A stretch of 64,000 bases of DNA from Neisseriales bacterium. Its GTDB lineage: Bacteria; Pseudomonadota; Gammaproteobacteria; Burkholderiales; Q3-R57-64. Below, one piece after another: positions 28,175 through 40,600 of this stretch (the stretch's first letter is position 1; every line of letters begins with the position of its first letter). Both the position numbers and the translations under genes were made by a program. Under the pieces are notes generated by a model, which was given only the letters and a program-made list of their open reading frames with translations, was not told the origin of the DNA and ran no database searches. The DNA lies in assembly GCA_016699915.1 (NCBI GenBank), contig CP064990.1, positions 512,671-576,670 on the forward strand, written 5' to 3'.

Positions 28175-30901
28175 TCAATACAGTTTTCCGTGGCAATGTT
28201 TATACTTCTTGCCGCTACCGCAAGGACACGATTCATTGCGACCAATACGTGGGTCTGTACGAACGATTGGGGAGTGTTTAGCAGGTTGCGTAGCTTCTGC
28301 CGGTTGTGCTACTTCTTCAAGCAGCGAATCACTTTCATCATGAACCAACTGTAAGGGTTGATTATGACTAGGTTGTATCGCTTTAATATCCTGCTCAGTA
28401 TTAAACTCTACCGACAGTAGTACACCGACAACATGGCTTTTAATGGAATCCAGCATAGTACCAAATAACTCGAACGCTTCGCGCTTGTATTCTTGTTTAG
28501 GATGTTTTTGTGCGTAGCCACGAAGATGAATACCACGCCTTAAGTGTTCTATCGTTGCAATATGTTCCCGCCAATGTGTATCCAATGTTTGTAACAATAA
28601 GTACCGCTCAAAACAATCCATAGCTTCTTGTCCAATCAGCTGTATTTTTTGTTGGTAGTGTTGCAATGCCATACTCAGCACTTTTTTAGTAATTTGTTCA
28701 GTGTCCAATTCAGGCGTTTCTTTCAACCATGTAGTTACTGGAGCAGATAAGCCATATTCCATCTGTAATGTTTTTTCAAGTAACGGCAAATTCCACTGTT
28801 CATCGATCACATCCGGTGACATATGGGTACGCACGACATCTGAAAGTACATCCTCTCGCATCTGAGCAGTGATTGACTGTATCCTATCCTCATTCAAAAT
28901 CGCTTTGCGCTGCTGATAAATCACTTTACGTTGATCATTAATAACATCATCATATTCAATCAATTGTTTACGAATATCAAAGTTTCTCCCTTCCACTTTT
29001 TTTTGTGCATTCTCTAAAGCACGTGTTACCCAAGGATGCTCAATTGCTTCGCCTTTTGGCATTTTTAAACTTTGCATAATTGTAGCAACGCGATCCGAAG
29101 CAAAAATCCGCAATAGCGGATCTTCTAAAGACAGATAAAACCGACTAGAGCCTGGATCGCCTTGTCTTCCAGACCGCCCACGTAATTGGTTATCAATGCG
29201 CCGTGATTCGTGGCGCTCGGTACCAATAATATGCAATCCACCCGCTGCTATGACGGCTTGATGCGCTACTTCCCATTTACTTTTAATTTGCGCAATACGT
29301 TCATCACGTTCACTTGCTGAAAGTACTGTATTTTGCTCAATGAGCTTAATATCAGCAGCAGGATTACCACCTAACACGATATCTGTACCACGGCCAGCCA
29401 TATTAGTTGCTACCGTAATCATTTGCAAACGTCCTGCTTGCGTAACAATTTCAGCCTCTCTTTCATGCTCTTTAGCATTTAAGATGTTGTGTTTTAAATT
29501 TGCCTGATTGAGTAGTTGTGAAATAAGTTCCGAATTTTCAATATTAGTGGTACCCACCAAAACTGGTTGACCTTTGTCATGGCAAATTTTAATTGCATCA
29601 ATAATAGCTTGATATTTTTCTTGAGCAGTGCGGTAAACTTGATCTTGAAAATCTTGACGAATCATTGGTTGATTGGTCGGTATGACCACCGTTTCTAAAC
29701 CATAAATCTGCTGAAATTCGTAAGCTTCTGTGTCTGCAGTACCCGTCATACCAGCAAGTTTATGGTAGAGTCTGAAATAGTTTTGGAAAGTAATAGAAGC
29801 CAATGTTTGGTTTTCGCGGTTAATGGTTACCCCTTCTTTGGCTTCAATTGCTTGATGCAGACCGTCCCCCCAACGCCGACCCGGCATGAGTCGACCTGTA
29901 AATTCGTCTACAATTACAATTTCATTATCCCGCTTGACATAATGCTGATCAACATGGAATAAACAATGTGCTTTTAATGCTAACATCACATGGTGCATCA
30001 GCCCCAAATTAGCGACAGAATAAAGACTACTACCTTTTCCAATCAAACCCATTTTAGATAAAATGGCTTCACAGCGCTCATGACCCGCTTCAGATAAAAG
30101 TACATTACGTGATTGCTCATCAACCCAGTAGTCTCCTTTATCATCTTCTGTTGCTTGGCGTTTTAGTTGACTCGGCAGCTTATTCATACGCTCGTAAAGT
30201 GCAATATTATCTTCAGAAGAACCAGAAATAATCAGTGGCGTTCTTGCTTCATCAATCAATATAGAATCAACTTCATCGACTACCGCAAATTCAAGCGGTC
30301 GTTGTACTTGATCGCTCGGCTTAAAAACCATATTGTCACGTAAATAATCAAAACCGAATTCGTTATTGGTACCGTATGTGATATCTGCTGTGTAAGCTAC
30401 TTTCTTTAAATGGTGTGGTATTTGTGATAAATTGACACCGACCGTCAATCCAAGAAAGTTATATAGTGGCTCCAGTGTAGCTGCATCGCGACTGGCTAGG
30501 TAATCGTTTACCGTGATGACATGTACTCCATTACCCGAGAGTGCATTAAGATACACCGCTAAAGTTGCTACTAGCGTTTTACCTTCCCCGGTTCGCATTT
30601 CAGCAATCTTGCCATCATGCAATGCTATGCCGCCAATAAGCTGTACATCAAAATGACGTAAACCCAATACACGTCGGGAAGCTTCACGACATACCGCAAA
30701 TGCTTCCGGTAAAATTGCATCCAGTGTTTTGCCATTTGCTAACGCTTCCCGCAAATCAGTTGTCTTGTGCGATAGCTCTTCGTCAGAAAGCTGTTGCATT
30801 CCGGATTCCATTGCATTGATTTGTGCAACCACGGCGTGATAGATTTTAAGTAATCGCTCGTTGCGACTACCAAATACCTTTTTAAGAAGCGTCAAAAACA
30901 T
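28175..30901 (-). CDS. secA: Preprotein translocase ATPase SecA
   Basis: 908 aa. [19 protein letters not shown], Walker [30 protein letters not shown]-terminal Zn finger [14 protein letters not shown]. Confidence 0.97.
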   Translation of the reverse strand: MFLTLLKKVFGSRNERLLKIYHAVVAQINAMESGMQQLSDEELSHKTTDLREALANGKTLDAILPEAFAVCREASRRVLGLRHFDVQLIGGIALHDGKIAEMRTGEGKTLVATLAVYLNALSGNGVHVITVNDYLASRDAATLEPLYNFLGLTVGVNLSQIPHHLKKVAYTADITYGTNNEFGFDYLRDNMVFKPSDQVQRPLEFAVVDEVDSILIDEARTPLIISGSSEDNIALYERMNKLPSQLKRQATEDDKGDYWVDEQSRNVLLSEAGHERCEAILSKMGLIGKGSSLYSVANLGLMHHVMLALKAHCLFHVDQHYVKRDNEIVIVDEFTGRLMPGRRWGDGLHQAIEAKEGVTINRENQTLASITFQNYFRLYHKLAGMTGTADTEAYEFQQIYGLETVVIPTNQPMIRQDFQDQVYRTAQEKYQAIIDAIKICHDKGQPVLVGTTNIENSELISQLLNQANLKHNILNAKEHEREAEIVTQAGRLQMITVATNMAGRGTDIVLGGNPAADIKLIEQNTVLSASERDERIAQIKSKWEVAHQAVIAAGGLHIIGTERHESRRIDNQLRGRSGRQGDPGSSRFYLSLEDPLLRIFASDRVATIMQSLKMPKGEAIEHPWVTRALENAQKKVEGRNFDIRKQLIEYDDVINDQRKVIYQQRKAILNEDRIQSITAQMREDVLSDVVRTHMSPDVIDEQWNLPLLEKTLQMEYGLSAPVTTWLKETPELDTEQITKKVLSMALQHYQQKIQLIGQEAMDCFERYLLLQTLDTHWREHIATIEHLRRGIHLRGYAQKHPKQEYKREAFELFGTMLDSIKSHVVGVLLSVEFNTEQDIKAIQPSHNQPLQLVHDESDSLLEEVAQPAEATQPAKHSPIVRTDPRIGRNESCPCGSGKKYKHCHGKLY

Positions 30902-31086
30902 ATCGTGAACAACTTATCGTTTAAAGAATTAAAAAGAACTGGTGAATTCTAGCATAACCCACTAAACAAACATGACCTATAATTTGAGGTATTGACTATA
31001 TTGCTTGGGTACAAATTGAAAAAACAAGCATAATACAAATTTTGTTATATTGCTCGTTATAAAAATGACTTAATTAGAATATCCTT

Positions 31087-31428
31087 ATGCCTACTATAAC
31101 CGAACATCATTGTTTAGATTTTTGTCAGCAAAATACACAGCTTTCTAAGCTTATTCAGTCAGCAAAATTACAACTGCAGTGTGCACACATACTCAATACC
31201 TTATTACCCAACAATTTATCTACTCAATGTCAGGTTGTAAAAATCAATGATGATGGTGTTCTCTTAATTCTTGCTAAAACGGGCACTATTGCTAAAAAAT
31301 TACAGTGGTTATCGCTTAGTTGGCAAAGTGAATTTATGCGGCATGGGTTACCAGTAAAAACAATTAAAGTCAGTGTGCTGCCTTCGGTTACATCAGTTGC
31401 TAAACCTCAGCTTAATGCAAAAAAATAG
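31087..31428 (+). CDS. DUF721 / DciA-like small protein
   Basis: 113 aa, divergent from secA as in many proteobacteria. The central pattern CQVVKINDDGVLLILAKTGTIAKKLQWL...IKVSV fits the DUF721 'pointing to L.v.v.s..wa..L' core from memory. No HMM was run. Confidence 0.45.
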   Translation: MPTITEHHCLDFCQQNTQLSKLIQSAKLQLQCAHILNTLLPNNLSTQCQVVKINDDGVLLILAKTGTIAKKLQWLSLSWQSEFMRHGLPVKTIKVSVLPSVTSVAKPQLNAKK

Positions 31429-31459
31429 GGAATTATTTATTCTAATAAAGTTTTTTAAA

Positions 31460-31954
31460 TTAATAAGTGTTAGGCATCAGATCAATTAAATGGACAGAAA
31501 GTATCTGTAAAGCTTCTCGATACACTGCTTGCTTAAAATTCACTACTTCTTGAGTAGGTTTCCAATAGTCAAGCCAGCACCATTTATCAAATTCTGATGG
31601 CGCTGAAGCATCCAAAGTAATAAAACTGTCTTCTACGATCAGGCGCATCAGAAACCATATTTGCTGCTGTCCGCGATATAAAAAACGATATAAAGGTTTT
31701 AGTAGGTGCGCTGGTATATCATATCGTATCCAGTTTTGCGTTTGACCTAATACATTAACATGAGCTGGTAGTAACCCAGTTTCTTCAAATAGCTCACGAT
31801 ACATCGCCTCTTTCGGACTTTCTCCGTGTTGAATACCGCCTTGCGGAAATTGCCATACATTCTGCCCCGCTCTTTTTGCCCAAAACACCTGATTATGCTG
31901 ATTAACGATAATCATACCTACATTATGTCGGTATCGTGCCAATCGGATCATCAA
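31460..31954 (-). CDS. rppH: RNA pyrophosphohydrolase RppH (NudH)
   Basis: YRHNVGMIIVNQHNQVFWAKR parallels E. coli [21 protein letters not shown]. Nudix box GGIQHGESPKEAMYRELFEETGL. Confidence 0.9.
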   Translation of the reverse strand: MMIRLARYRHNVGMIIVNQHNQVFWAKRAGQNVWQFPQGGIQHGESPKEAMYRELFEETGLLPAHVNVLGQTQNWIRYDIPAHLLKPLYRFLYRGQQQIWFLMRLIVEDSFITLDASAPSEFDKWCWLDYWKPTQEVVNFKQAVYREALQILSVHLIDLMPNTY

Positions 31955-32055
31955 TAAATATCTCCCATTAAGCTTAAAATATAGTATTTAGTTATATAAT
32001 ACACAATACATTACTTCTTTCAAAACTTGCTAAACCACCACTTAACCCTTCTTCG

Positions 32056-33474
32056 ATGATCAACGATAAAAGCTTGGTAGTAGGTGATAATTTAGATGAA
32101 CTAAAAGTACCACCTCATGCTATTGAAGCTGAGCAATCTGTAATCGGTGCTTTATTGCTAGATAATCTAGCTTGGGATAAGATTGCCGACAAAATTAGTG
32201 AAGAGGATTTTTATCGGCAAGAACATCGCCTGATTTATCAGGAAATTAAACGCCTGGTCAATCAGTCGCATCCTGCTGATATTGTAACCGTTGCCGAGTC
32301 ATTAGAAAACAACCATTGTTTGACCGAAATCGGTGGATTGGTATACCTATCAGCGCTGGTCAACAATACCCCCTCTTCTGCCAATATATTACGTTACGTA
32401 GAAATTGTCAGAGAACGCTCTATTATGCGCCAGCTCATTGCAGCTAGTATAGAAATTGCAGAGACGGCTTATGTCCCTCAAGGTCGCGATATCAAAGAAA
32501 TTCTTGACGGAGCAGAAAACAAAATTTTTCAGATTGCCGAAAACACACATCGCAATCGACAAGGTTTTAACAAAATTTCTTTATTACTGACAAGGGCTAC
32601 CGAACGCATTGATCTGCTCTGCCAACGCGACAACCCGAATGAAGTAACGGGCGTTCCTACTGGCTTTATTGATCTAGATAAAAAAACATCTGGTTTACAA
32701 GATGGAGATCTAATTATCGTAGCAGGTCGCCCCTCCATGGGTAAAACAGCTTTTGCAATGAATATGGCAGAACACGCCGCTATCAATCACCACTTGCCAG
32801 TGATTATATTTTCGATGGAGACAAGTGGCGTACAGCTGGTCACAAGAATGTTGGGTTCTGTTGGTAGGATTGATCAACAAGTGCTACGAACAGGTCAATT
32901 AAAAAATGAGGATTGGCCTAAGCTTAGAGAAGCAATTTCGAATTTATCTGAAACCCACATTTACATAGACGAAACACCTGCTTTGACAGTGTTAGAGTTG
33001 CGAGCTAGAGCAAGGCGTATGGCTCGCCAATTTGATGGCAAAGTCGGGCTTATTATCGTTGACTATATTCAGTTGATGTCTGGAAACAATATTAAAAACG
33101 ACAATCGTTCAGTGGAATTGGGGGAAATATCGCGTGGCTTAAAAACACTTGCTAAAGAACTGAATGTTCCGGTCATAGCCTTATCACAGCTCTCAAGACT
33201 TGTTGAGCACCGTACAGATAAGCGACCCGTCATGTCAGATTTACGTGAATCAGGCGCCATTGAACAGGATGCTGATCTAATTATTTTTATGTATCGCGAT
33301 GAATACTATAATCCAGATTCACCTAACAAAGGTCTTGCTGAAGCAATTATTAGTAAACAACGTAACGGACCAACAGGTAAGATACATCTAGCCTTCTTAG
33401 GCAATCTCGTACGATTTGATAATGCGACGCAAGATTGGTCCAGTACAGGTCAATCATCTTACATGCCAGAATAA
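32056..33474 (+). CDS. dnaB: Replicative DNA helicase DnaB
   Basis: PPHAIEAEQSVIGALLL, Walker A GRPSMGKTAFA, IIVDYIQLM, QLSR, ISKQRNGPTG. Confidence 0.97.
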   Translation: MINDKSLVVGDNLDELKVPPHAIEAEQSVIGALLLDNLAWDKIADKISEEDFYRQEHRLIYQEIKRLVNQSHPADIVTVAESLENNHCLTEIGGLVYLSALVNNTPSSANILRYVEIVRERSIMRQLIAASIEIAETAYVPQGRDIKEILDGAENKIFQIAENTHRNRQGFNKISLLLTRATERIDLLCQRDNPNEVTGVPTGFIDLDKKTSGLQDGDLIIVAGRPSMGKTAFAMNMAEHAAINHHLPVIIFSMETSGVQLVTRMLGSVGRIDQQVLRTGQLKNEDWPKLREAISNLSETHIYIDETPALTVLELRARARRMARQFDGKVGLIIVDYIQLMSGNNIKNDNRSVELGEISRGLKTLAKELNVPVIALSQLSRLVEHRTDKRPVMSDLRESGAIEQDADLIIFMYRDEYYNPDSPNKGLAEAIISKQRNGPTGKIHLAFLGNLVRFDNATQDWSSTGQSSYMPE

Positions 33475-35120
33475 TTGGGGCCACTACCTCCTTCTGGTGT
33501 TGTCCAAATAATATTTTGGGTGGGATCTTTAATATCACAGGCCTTGCAATGTATACAGTTTTGTGCGTGAATTTGCAGGGTGGGTTGATCTATCCCTTTA
33601 TTAATTTCATACACCTGTGCTGGACAATAACGCACTTCAGGCGAGTCATATAGCGCTAAATTCTTGCTAATGGGTATTGTGGCATCCTTTAACTGAAGAT
33701 GCACTGGTTGGCCTTCACGATGCACTACATTAGCAAGAAATACGGAAGACGTTCGATCAAATGTCAAACAATGATCCGGTTTAGGATAGGTAATTGGCTT
33801 ACAGTGGTTAGCAATTCGCAAGCATGTATGATCCGGTTTACGGCTATGTAATGTCCAAGGCGCATGACCTTTGAGGATATACATATCTAAAGCAGAATAA
33901 ATAAGTCCCTCATATAATCCTCGCAAAAATGCTAACCGAATATTGCGTGCAGCCCATAATTCATCGTAAAGCCAACTTTGACGAAACAAATCATCATAGG
34001 TATTGGCTTCGACGCGTTGACTTATGAGTGCTTCATGCACAGCATGTGCTGCGAGCATGCCCGACTTCATGGCTGTATGAATTCCTTTGATACGCGGTAC
34101 GTTTAAAAAACCTGCCGCATCACCTACTATGACACCACCCGGAAAAGTTAGTTTTGGCAAAGCCTGTATACCACCTTCTGCTAAAGTTCGTGCGCCATAA
34201 GCAATACGTTGACCACCTTGTAGTATCTTTCTAATAATAGGATGCGTTTTAAAACGTTGGAATTCTTCAAAGGGCGAAAGGTAAGGATTGGCATAATCTA
34301 GGCTCGTCACAAAACCGACAGCTACTTTGCCATCAGTTAAGCAATATAAAAATCCACCACCATAAGCATTTTGACCGAGTGGCCAGCCAATGGTATGCAT
34401 TACTTGACCACCCCTTACCAAGGTTTGATCTATCTTCCATAATTCTTTGATACCTAATCCATAAAGTTGCGGATCACTGTTAGTAGCTAACGCAAAATGC
34501 TTAATAACTAACTGACTCAACGAACCACGGCAACCTTCGGCTAATATCGTTTGATGAGCCAACATCTCTATACCAGGTTCATAGCGTTCACTAGGTTTGC
34601 CCTCTGCATTAAGTCCCATTACACCTGTGAGCACCCCTCGTACTGCACCTTGATTATCATAAAGTATTTCCGAGGCAGCAAAATTAGGATAAATCTCTAC
34701 CCCTAATGCTTCGGCTTGCGATGCCAAAAAAGAGCAGAGTTCGCTAAGGCTGATAATATAGTCACCTTGGTGACGCATAGTGGGTGGAAGTGGCAAAGGA
34801 ATAGCATGATGGCGCATTAAGTATAAAAAACGACTACTGTGAACAGCTGTATGTATCGGAGCATGAAGTTGCGTCCAATTAGGTAATAGTTCATCTAAAG
34901 TACGTATATCGAATATAGCGCCAGATAAACTATGCGCGCCTATGGTTGAGGCTTTTTCTAAAACACAAACAGATAGCTGGCGACCTATTTTTGCGCTCAG
35001 TTGCTTGAGGCAAATAGCCGCTGATAGTCCAGAGGGACCTGCTCCAATGATTAATACGTCATAGAACATATTCTCACGCTGTGTGGCAGACTTATTCTGA
35101 GCAGTCATGACTTGATACAT
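33459..35120 (-). CDS. Electron transfer flavoprotein-ubiquinone oxidoreductase
   Basis: FAD motif DVLIIGAGPSGLSAA. C-terminal 4Fe-4S segment CPAQVYE...NCIHCKACDIKDP...PEGGSGPNY. Confidence 0.9.
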   Translation of the reverse strand: MYQVMTAQNKSATQRENMFYDVLIIGAGPSGLSAAICLKQLSAKIGRQLSVCVLEKASTIGAHSLSGAIFDIRTLDELLPNWTQLHAPIHTAVHSSRFLYLMRHHAIPLPLPPTMRHQGDYIISLSELCSFLASQAEALGVEIYPNFAASEILYDNQGAVRGVLTGVMGLNAEGKPSERYEPGIEMLAHQTILAEGCRGSLSQLVIKHFALATNSDPQLYGLGIKELWKIDQTLVRGGQVMHTIGWPLGQNAYGGGFLYCLTDGKVAVGFVTSLDYANPYLSPFEEFQRFKTHPIIRKILQGGQRIAYGARTLAEGGIQALPKLTFPGGVIVGDAAGFLNVPRIKGIHTAMKSGMLAAHAVHEALISQRVEANTYDDLFRQSWLYDELWAARNIRLAFLRGLYEGLIYSALDMYILKGHAPWTLHSRKPDHTCLRIANHCKPITYPKPDHCLTFDRTSSVFLANVVHREGQPVHLQLKDATIPISKNLALYDSPEVRYCPAQVYEINKGIDQPTLQIHAQNCIHCKACDIKDPTQNIIWTTPEGGSGPNYSGM

Positions 35121-35123
35121 ACC

Positions 35124-36296
35124 TTAAGTTTGTTGTTGGTAACACTCAAATTGGTGAGTTAACACAATCTTGATCATCCTACGGATGGGCTCCGCAGCAC
35201 CCCATAATAGCTGGTCACCTACAGTAAAAGCAGATAAATAATCATCACCCACTGTAAGTTTTCGTAAACGTCCAATGGGTACTACTAAACTACCTGATAC
35301 GGCAGCGGGTGTTAGTTGTTCTATGCTATCTTCTTTCTTATTGGGGATCACTTTTACCCAATCATTTGCCTGTGCAATACATGCTTCAATTGCATGCATA
35401 GACATTTTTTTGCGTAATTTAATTGTTAGGGCTTGGCTGTGACAACGCATAGCACCAATACGCACACAAAGACCGTCAATAGGAATTTGATGTTGCTTAC
35501 GCCCTAATATTTTGTTCGTCTCTGCGCTACCTTTCCATTCTTCTCTGGATTGACCATTACTTAAATCTTTATCAATCCAAGGGATTAAATTTCCAGCAAG
35601 CGGCACATCAAAATGCATTTTGGGGAATCCATCACTGGTTAAGCATTTAGTTATTTTGCGGTCAATATCAATGATAGGAGTATGAGAATTGATCAAATCG
35701 GATTGTGCGCTATGATAAATAGCACCCATACCTAAAATCAACTCTCGCATATGCTGAGCACCTGCGCCAGAGGCTGCCTGATAAGTCATTGTCGTTACCC
35801 ATTCAATCGCTTCTTCCTGAAATAAACCCGCCAAAGCAATAAGCATTAAACTTACCGTGCAATTAGCGCCAACATAAGTTCTAATACCCGATCGTAATGC
35901 TTTGTCAATTAAAGGACGATTGACAGGATCAAGTATAATAACCGCTTCTTCATCCATACGTAATGTACTGGCCGCATCAATCCAATAGCCACGCCAACCT
36001 CTTTGTTTTAGCGTAGGATATACAGCATTGGTATAGTCTCCACCCTGACAAGTCACAATGACAGGTAATGCACATAACGCATCGATATCATATGCTTGTT
36101 TGACCGGGTAGAGTTGTCCGTCACCTATATCTGGACCTCTATCAACTGTTTGTGAAGTACTAAAAAATATAGGCTGTATGGGTAAAGAAATAAAATCCGC
36201 CTCTTCTTTCATGCGTGTCATAAGTATCGATCCAACCATACCTCGCCAACCGATAAATCCGACAGGCAATCTATGAGCTTGGGTATGCATCATCAT
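35124..36296 (-). CDS. asd: Aspartate-semialdehyde dehydrogenase
   Basis: VGFIGWRGMVGSILMTRM parallels E. coli Asd. Active-site region GANCTVSLM. Confidence 0.93.
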   Translation of the reverse strand: MMMHTQAHRLPVGFIGWRGMVGSILMTRMKEEADFISLPIQPIFFSTSQTVDRGPDIGDGQLYPVKQAYDIDALCALPVIVTCQGGDYTNAVYPTLKQRGWRGYWIDAASTLRMDEEAVIILDPVNRPLIDKALRSGIRTYVGANCTVSLMLIALAGLFQEEAIEWVTTMTYQAASGAGAQHMRELILGMGAIYHSAQSDLINSHTPIIDIDRKITKCLTSDGFPKMHFDVPLAGNLIPWIDKDLSNGQSREEWKGSAETNKILGRKQHQIPIDGLCVRIGAMRCHSQALTIKLRKKMSMHAIEACIAQANDWVKVIPNKKEDSIEQLTPAAVSGSLVVPIGRLRKLTVGDDYLSAFTVGDQLLWGAAEPIRRMIKIVLTHQFECYQQQT

Positions 36297-36602
36297 GTTC
36301 CTAAGGCTATCAAGCAGTACATGGTTAAGGTGCCATGTGATCGAACTGTATCGTTCTGTTTATCCTGTAATACTTGTATGTGCTGGCGATATTCTGACCA
36401 TATCGGAATATAATCCAACTTAGCACAGATAGCGGACAATTCCACGCTACCTAAAAATACATTAGTATCCTGACCAAGAGGATTTGAAAAATTACGTGAA
36501 CCCATTTATTCCGTTTTAAACGCCTATTGAAAATAGTAAGTCATAAACATGATAAACTGCTCAAACTACACGATTGATCTTATTTCACAATGATTGTTGT
36601 CA

Positions 36603-36676
36603 TGGAGCGGGTGAAGGGAATCGAACCCTCGTCGTAAGCTTGGGAAGCTTCTGCTCTACCATTGCGCTACACCCGC
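36603..36676 (-). tRNA. tRNA-Gly (anticodon CCC)
   Basis: Reverse strand GCGGGTGTAGCGCAATGGTAGAGCAGAAGCTTCCCAAGCTTACGACGAGGGTTCGATTCCCTTCACCCGCTCCA; close to E. coli glyU. Confidence 0.9.
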
Positions 36677-36772
36677 ATTGATCACTTCTCAACCATTCTA
36701 GATAGATAAGGAGCGAAGTGTAGCGGTTTTTTGTGATTTTGGAAACCTGACTCTATTAGAGAGCACAATCAT

Positions 36773-37585
36773 ATGCACCCTATGCTCAATGTTGCAATTA
36801 AGGCCGCTAGGCGCGGCGCCAGTGTTATTCGGCATGCTGCTTCAAAGTTAGATGGCATCGCGATCGAAAAAAAGGATAATGATAGCATTGTCACCGAAGT
36901 GGATCGTACTGCAGAAGAAGCAATCATTGGCGTTATTCTAGAAGCTTACCCCACGCATACAGTATTGGCAGAAGAATCTGGTTTTCATCTCAACCAGGAT
37001 GCAACCTACCAATGGTTTATTGATCCCTTGGATGGCACCACAAATTTCATTCACGGACATCCTCAGTATGCTGTATCCATCGCATTGGCTCACGAAAATC
37101 AAATAGAGCAAGCTGTTGTTTATGATATTGAGCGCAATAACTTATTTACTGCAACACGTGGCGCAGGTGCTTATCTTAATGACCGACGCATCCATGTTGC
37201 TAAACATAGCCAATTAAATGCTGCGCTACTTGCTACAAGCATCCCAACATTTAATCCCAACTCGGTTCATTTATATTTCAACATATTGCGCGATATGGTT
37301 GCTTTACAAATTAGCACACGTAATGAGGGTTCTGCGGTTCTAGATTTATGTCATGTTGCCTGCGGACAAATTGATGGCTATTTTGCTTTGCATCTTAAAC
37401 CGTGGGATATGGCCGCTGGTGCATTAATTGTTCAAGAAGCAGGTGGGCTTATTACCGATCCCTATGGCGAAGATCACTGGCAAAAAACAGGGCATATTGT
37501 GGCATCTAATCCTAAGTTACTTGCTCAGCTTTTACATATCATTACACCGCATATGGTAAATCATATGTTGCCATTACCTTGCTAA
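36773..37585 (+). CDS. suhB: Inositol monophosphatase family protein SuhB
   Basis: WFIDPLDGTTNF, AEESG, KPWDMAAGALIVQEAGG. Confidence 0.9.
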   Translation: MHPMLNVAIKAARRGASVIRHAASKLDGIAIEKKDNDSIVTEVDRTAEEAIIGVILEAYPTHTVLAEESGFHLNQDATYQWFIDPLDGTTNFIHGHPQYAVSIALAHENQIEQAVVYDIERNNLFTATRGAGAYLNDRRIHVAKHSQLNAALLATSIPTFNPNSVHLYFNILRDMVALQISTRNEGSAVLDLCHVACGQIDGYFALHLKPWDMAAGALIVQEAGGLITDPYGEDHWQKTGHIVASNPKLLAQLLHIITPHMVNHMLPLPC

Positions 37586-37649
37586 GGAAGTTAGTTTTGA
37601 AATATTGGCTTGATAACAGCAAGCATGATTATCAGTATAATAGCGCATC

Positions 37650-40600
37650 ATGATAGATCCTGTCTTCGTTCACCTACGGCTACATACAGAATTTTCTATT
37701 TCAGATGGCATCGTTCGTATCCATGAAGCTGTTGCTCGGGCATCCGAATTAGCTATGCCAGCCCTCGGCATTGCTGATTTGATGAATCTATTTGGTGCTA
37801 TTAAATTCTATAAGACTTGCCAAGATGCCGGGATTAAACCCATCATTGCTTGTGATGTTTGGTTAACAAATCTCGCGCGCCGCCAACAACCTTATCGTTT
37901 GCTGTTGATTGTTAAAAACCATAATGGTTATAAACGACTCTGCGAATTACTAACCCGTACACATATTAAAAATCAATATCAGGGTCGTCCGGAAATTCAT
38001 CCTGATTGGTTTTTAGAGGGTGACAATGGCGGTCTAATCTGTTTATCGGGTATTCATAATACAGACATTGCAGCTTTTTTAAAAAATGGTGAATTGGAAG
38101 CAGCTAAACAGCAAACTCAGCATTGGGCAAAATTATTTCCACAATCTTTCTACTTAGAAATACAACGAATAAGAGATGATACGAAAGAATTAGAGCAAGG
38201 AATTTTATGGATTGCTAACCAAACAGGTCTTCCTGTTGTCGCAACACATCCAATACAATTTATGCAACCTGAAGACTTCAAAGCGCATGAAGCAAGGGTC
38301 TGTATTACAGAGGGTTGCAAACTTAATGATAAACGTCGCCAACAATATTTTGAGACCAATCAGTACTTTTTATCAACCGAAGCGATGCAAAAGCGCTTTG
38401 ATGATCTAGAAGTTGCGCTATATAACTCGGTAGAAATTGCTAAACGCTGTAATCTTACTCTGCCGCTTGGCAAACATCACTTACCCAATTTTGATATGCC
38501 ATCGGGCATCACGTTAGACAATTATTTTATTCAACAAACACAGGAAGGACTAATAAAACGCTTAACTGAGCTTTTTCCAGATAGCACGGTAAGACAAACC
38601 CAACAAGCCGTATTTAAGGAGCGTTTACAGTTCGAAATAAATACTATTATTGACATGGGCTTTTCTGGTTATTTCTTAATTGTTGCTGATCTTATTAACT
38701 GGGCAAAAAATAACCAATGTCCAGTCGGACCTGGTCGAGGTTCTGGTGTTGGTTGTTTGGTATCGTTTTGTTTAGGTATTACAGAAATTAACCCCCTAGC
38801 CTACGGATTGCTCTTTGAGCGCTTCTTAAATCCAGAACGGATGACAACGCCAGACTTAGATATTGATTTTTGCCAAGAAAATCGATATCGCGTTATCGAA
38901 TACGTCAAAGAACGTTATGGTGAAAAGGCGGTAAGCCAAATCGCTACTTTTGGTAAATTAGCTTCAAAGGCTGTTATTCGTGATGTCGGGCGCGTGATGT
39001 CACTTCCTTATACTTTTTGTGATCAATTATCAAAGTTAATTCCTTATACCGCTAATAAGCAATATACGCTTGATGAAGCAGTTGAAAATGAGCCACTTTT
39101 AAAAGAGCGGCTAGATAATGAAGAAGAAACATCAGAACTATGGGATTTGGCTAAAAAATTAGAAGGGTTGACTCGAAACGTGAGCATGCATGCAGGAGGC
39201 GTGCTGATTGCACCTAGCCAACTGACAGATTTTTGTCCCTTATATCAAGGCTCTAGTCATGATGCAGTGCCTGTTTCCATGTATGACAAAAATGATATTG
39301 AGCAAATTGGACTTGTAAAATTTGATTTTTTGGGTCTGCGAAACTTAACTATTATCGATCTTACGATACGTTATATCCAATCTTTTGATCCTGCTTTTAA
39401 TGTTGACCTTAATAAACTACCTTTTACTGATCCGGCAACCTATAAAACCTTCCAAAGAGCCAATACGACCGCTGTATTTCAAGTCGAATCGGAGGGCATG
39501 AAACGCCTTTTAGAAAAACTAAAACCGGATCGATTCGAAGACATCATTGCTGTACTTGCATTGCATCGACCAGGGCCACTAGGATCGGGCATGATTGATG
39601 ACTTTATTTTGCGAAAAAAAGGTAAGCAGCGTATTAATTATTTCCACGATGACCTTAAAAGCTGTTTAGAGCCGACTTATGGCGTAATTCTTTATCAAGA
39701 ACAAGTTATGCAAATTTCACAAATTATCGGAGGTTATACCCTAGAAGGCGCTGACATTCTCTGTCGCATTATGAGTAAGAAAAAACAAGAAGCGATGGAT
39801 AAGCATCGCATCACTTTTATTGAAGGCGCTAAACAAAAAAATTACTCTATCAAACTTACTGAACAATTATTTGACCTGATGGCTAAATTCGCTGAATATG
39901 GTTTTAATAAATCGCACAGTGCCGCTTATGCCGTAATCGCCTATCAAACAGCTTGGCTTAAAACACACTACTGTGCAGCCTTCATGGCTGCTACCATGTC
40001 TTTAGAATCTCACAATACAGACCAATTAAAAATATTGTACGATGATGCGCGTCGCAATCGTCTTGATTTTTTACCATTGGATATTAATGAATCAGTTTAC
40101 TATTTTGTTCCGATCAACGATACACAGATCCGTTATGGATTCAGTGCAGTAAAAGGAGTTGGTAGGACTGCTGCTGAAAAAATCATATCGGAGAGAAAAA
40201 AGCATGGCGCTTTTACCAGTTTACTTGATTTTTGCAAAAAAGTTGATCGGCAGCACCTTAATAAAGGAGCTATCGAAGCGCTCATCTGTGCGGGTGCTTT
40301 TGATGCAATTGAAAAAAATCGAGCGTTACTATTTCGGAATATTGAATTGGCGATGAATTTTGGTGAACATGAACGGATCAATATACAGCAAGGTAAATTA
40401 TTTAGCGATATGCATGCGACACAAGCAACTATTAAAATGATTACCTATCCTGATTGGTCGGATAAAGAAAAATTGGTACGGGAAAAAAATGCATTAGGTT
40501 TTTATTACTCAGGTCATCCTTTCACAGCATATATTACGGATATTTGCCATTTCACGGATAGTAAATTAAGTCAAATTACGCCACAAAATGAAACAAAATG

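Noticed and set aside
28172-28354. 60 aa plus-strand ORF at the secA 3' end
   Set aside because: It is antisense to the conserved SecA C-terminal zinc-finger region, with no independent support.
36293-36505. 70 aa ORF upstream of asd
   Set aside because: It has no recognisable motif and sits in the probable asd promoter/leader region between asd and tRNA-Gly. It overlaps the asd start, and the support is insufficient.
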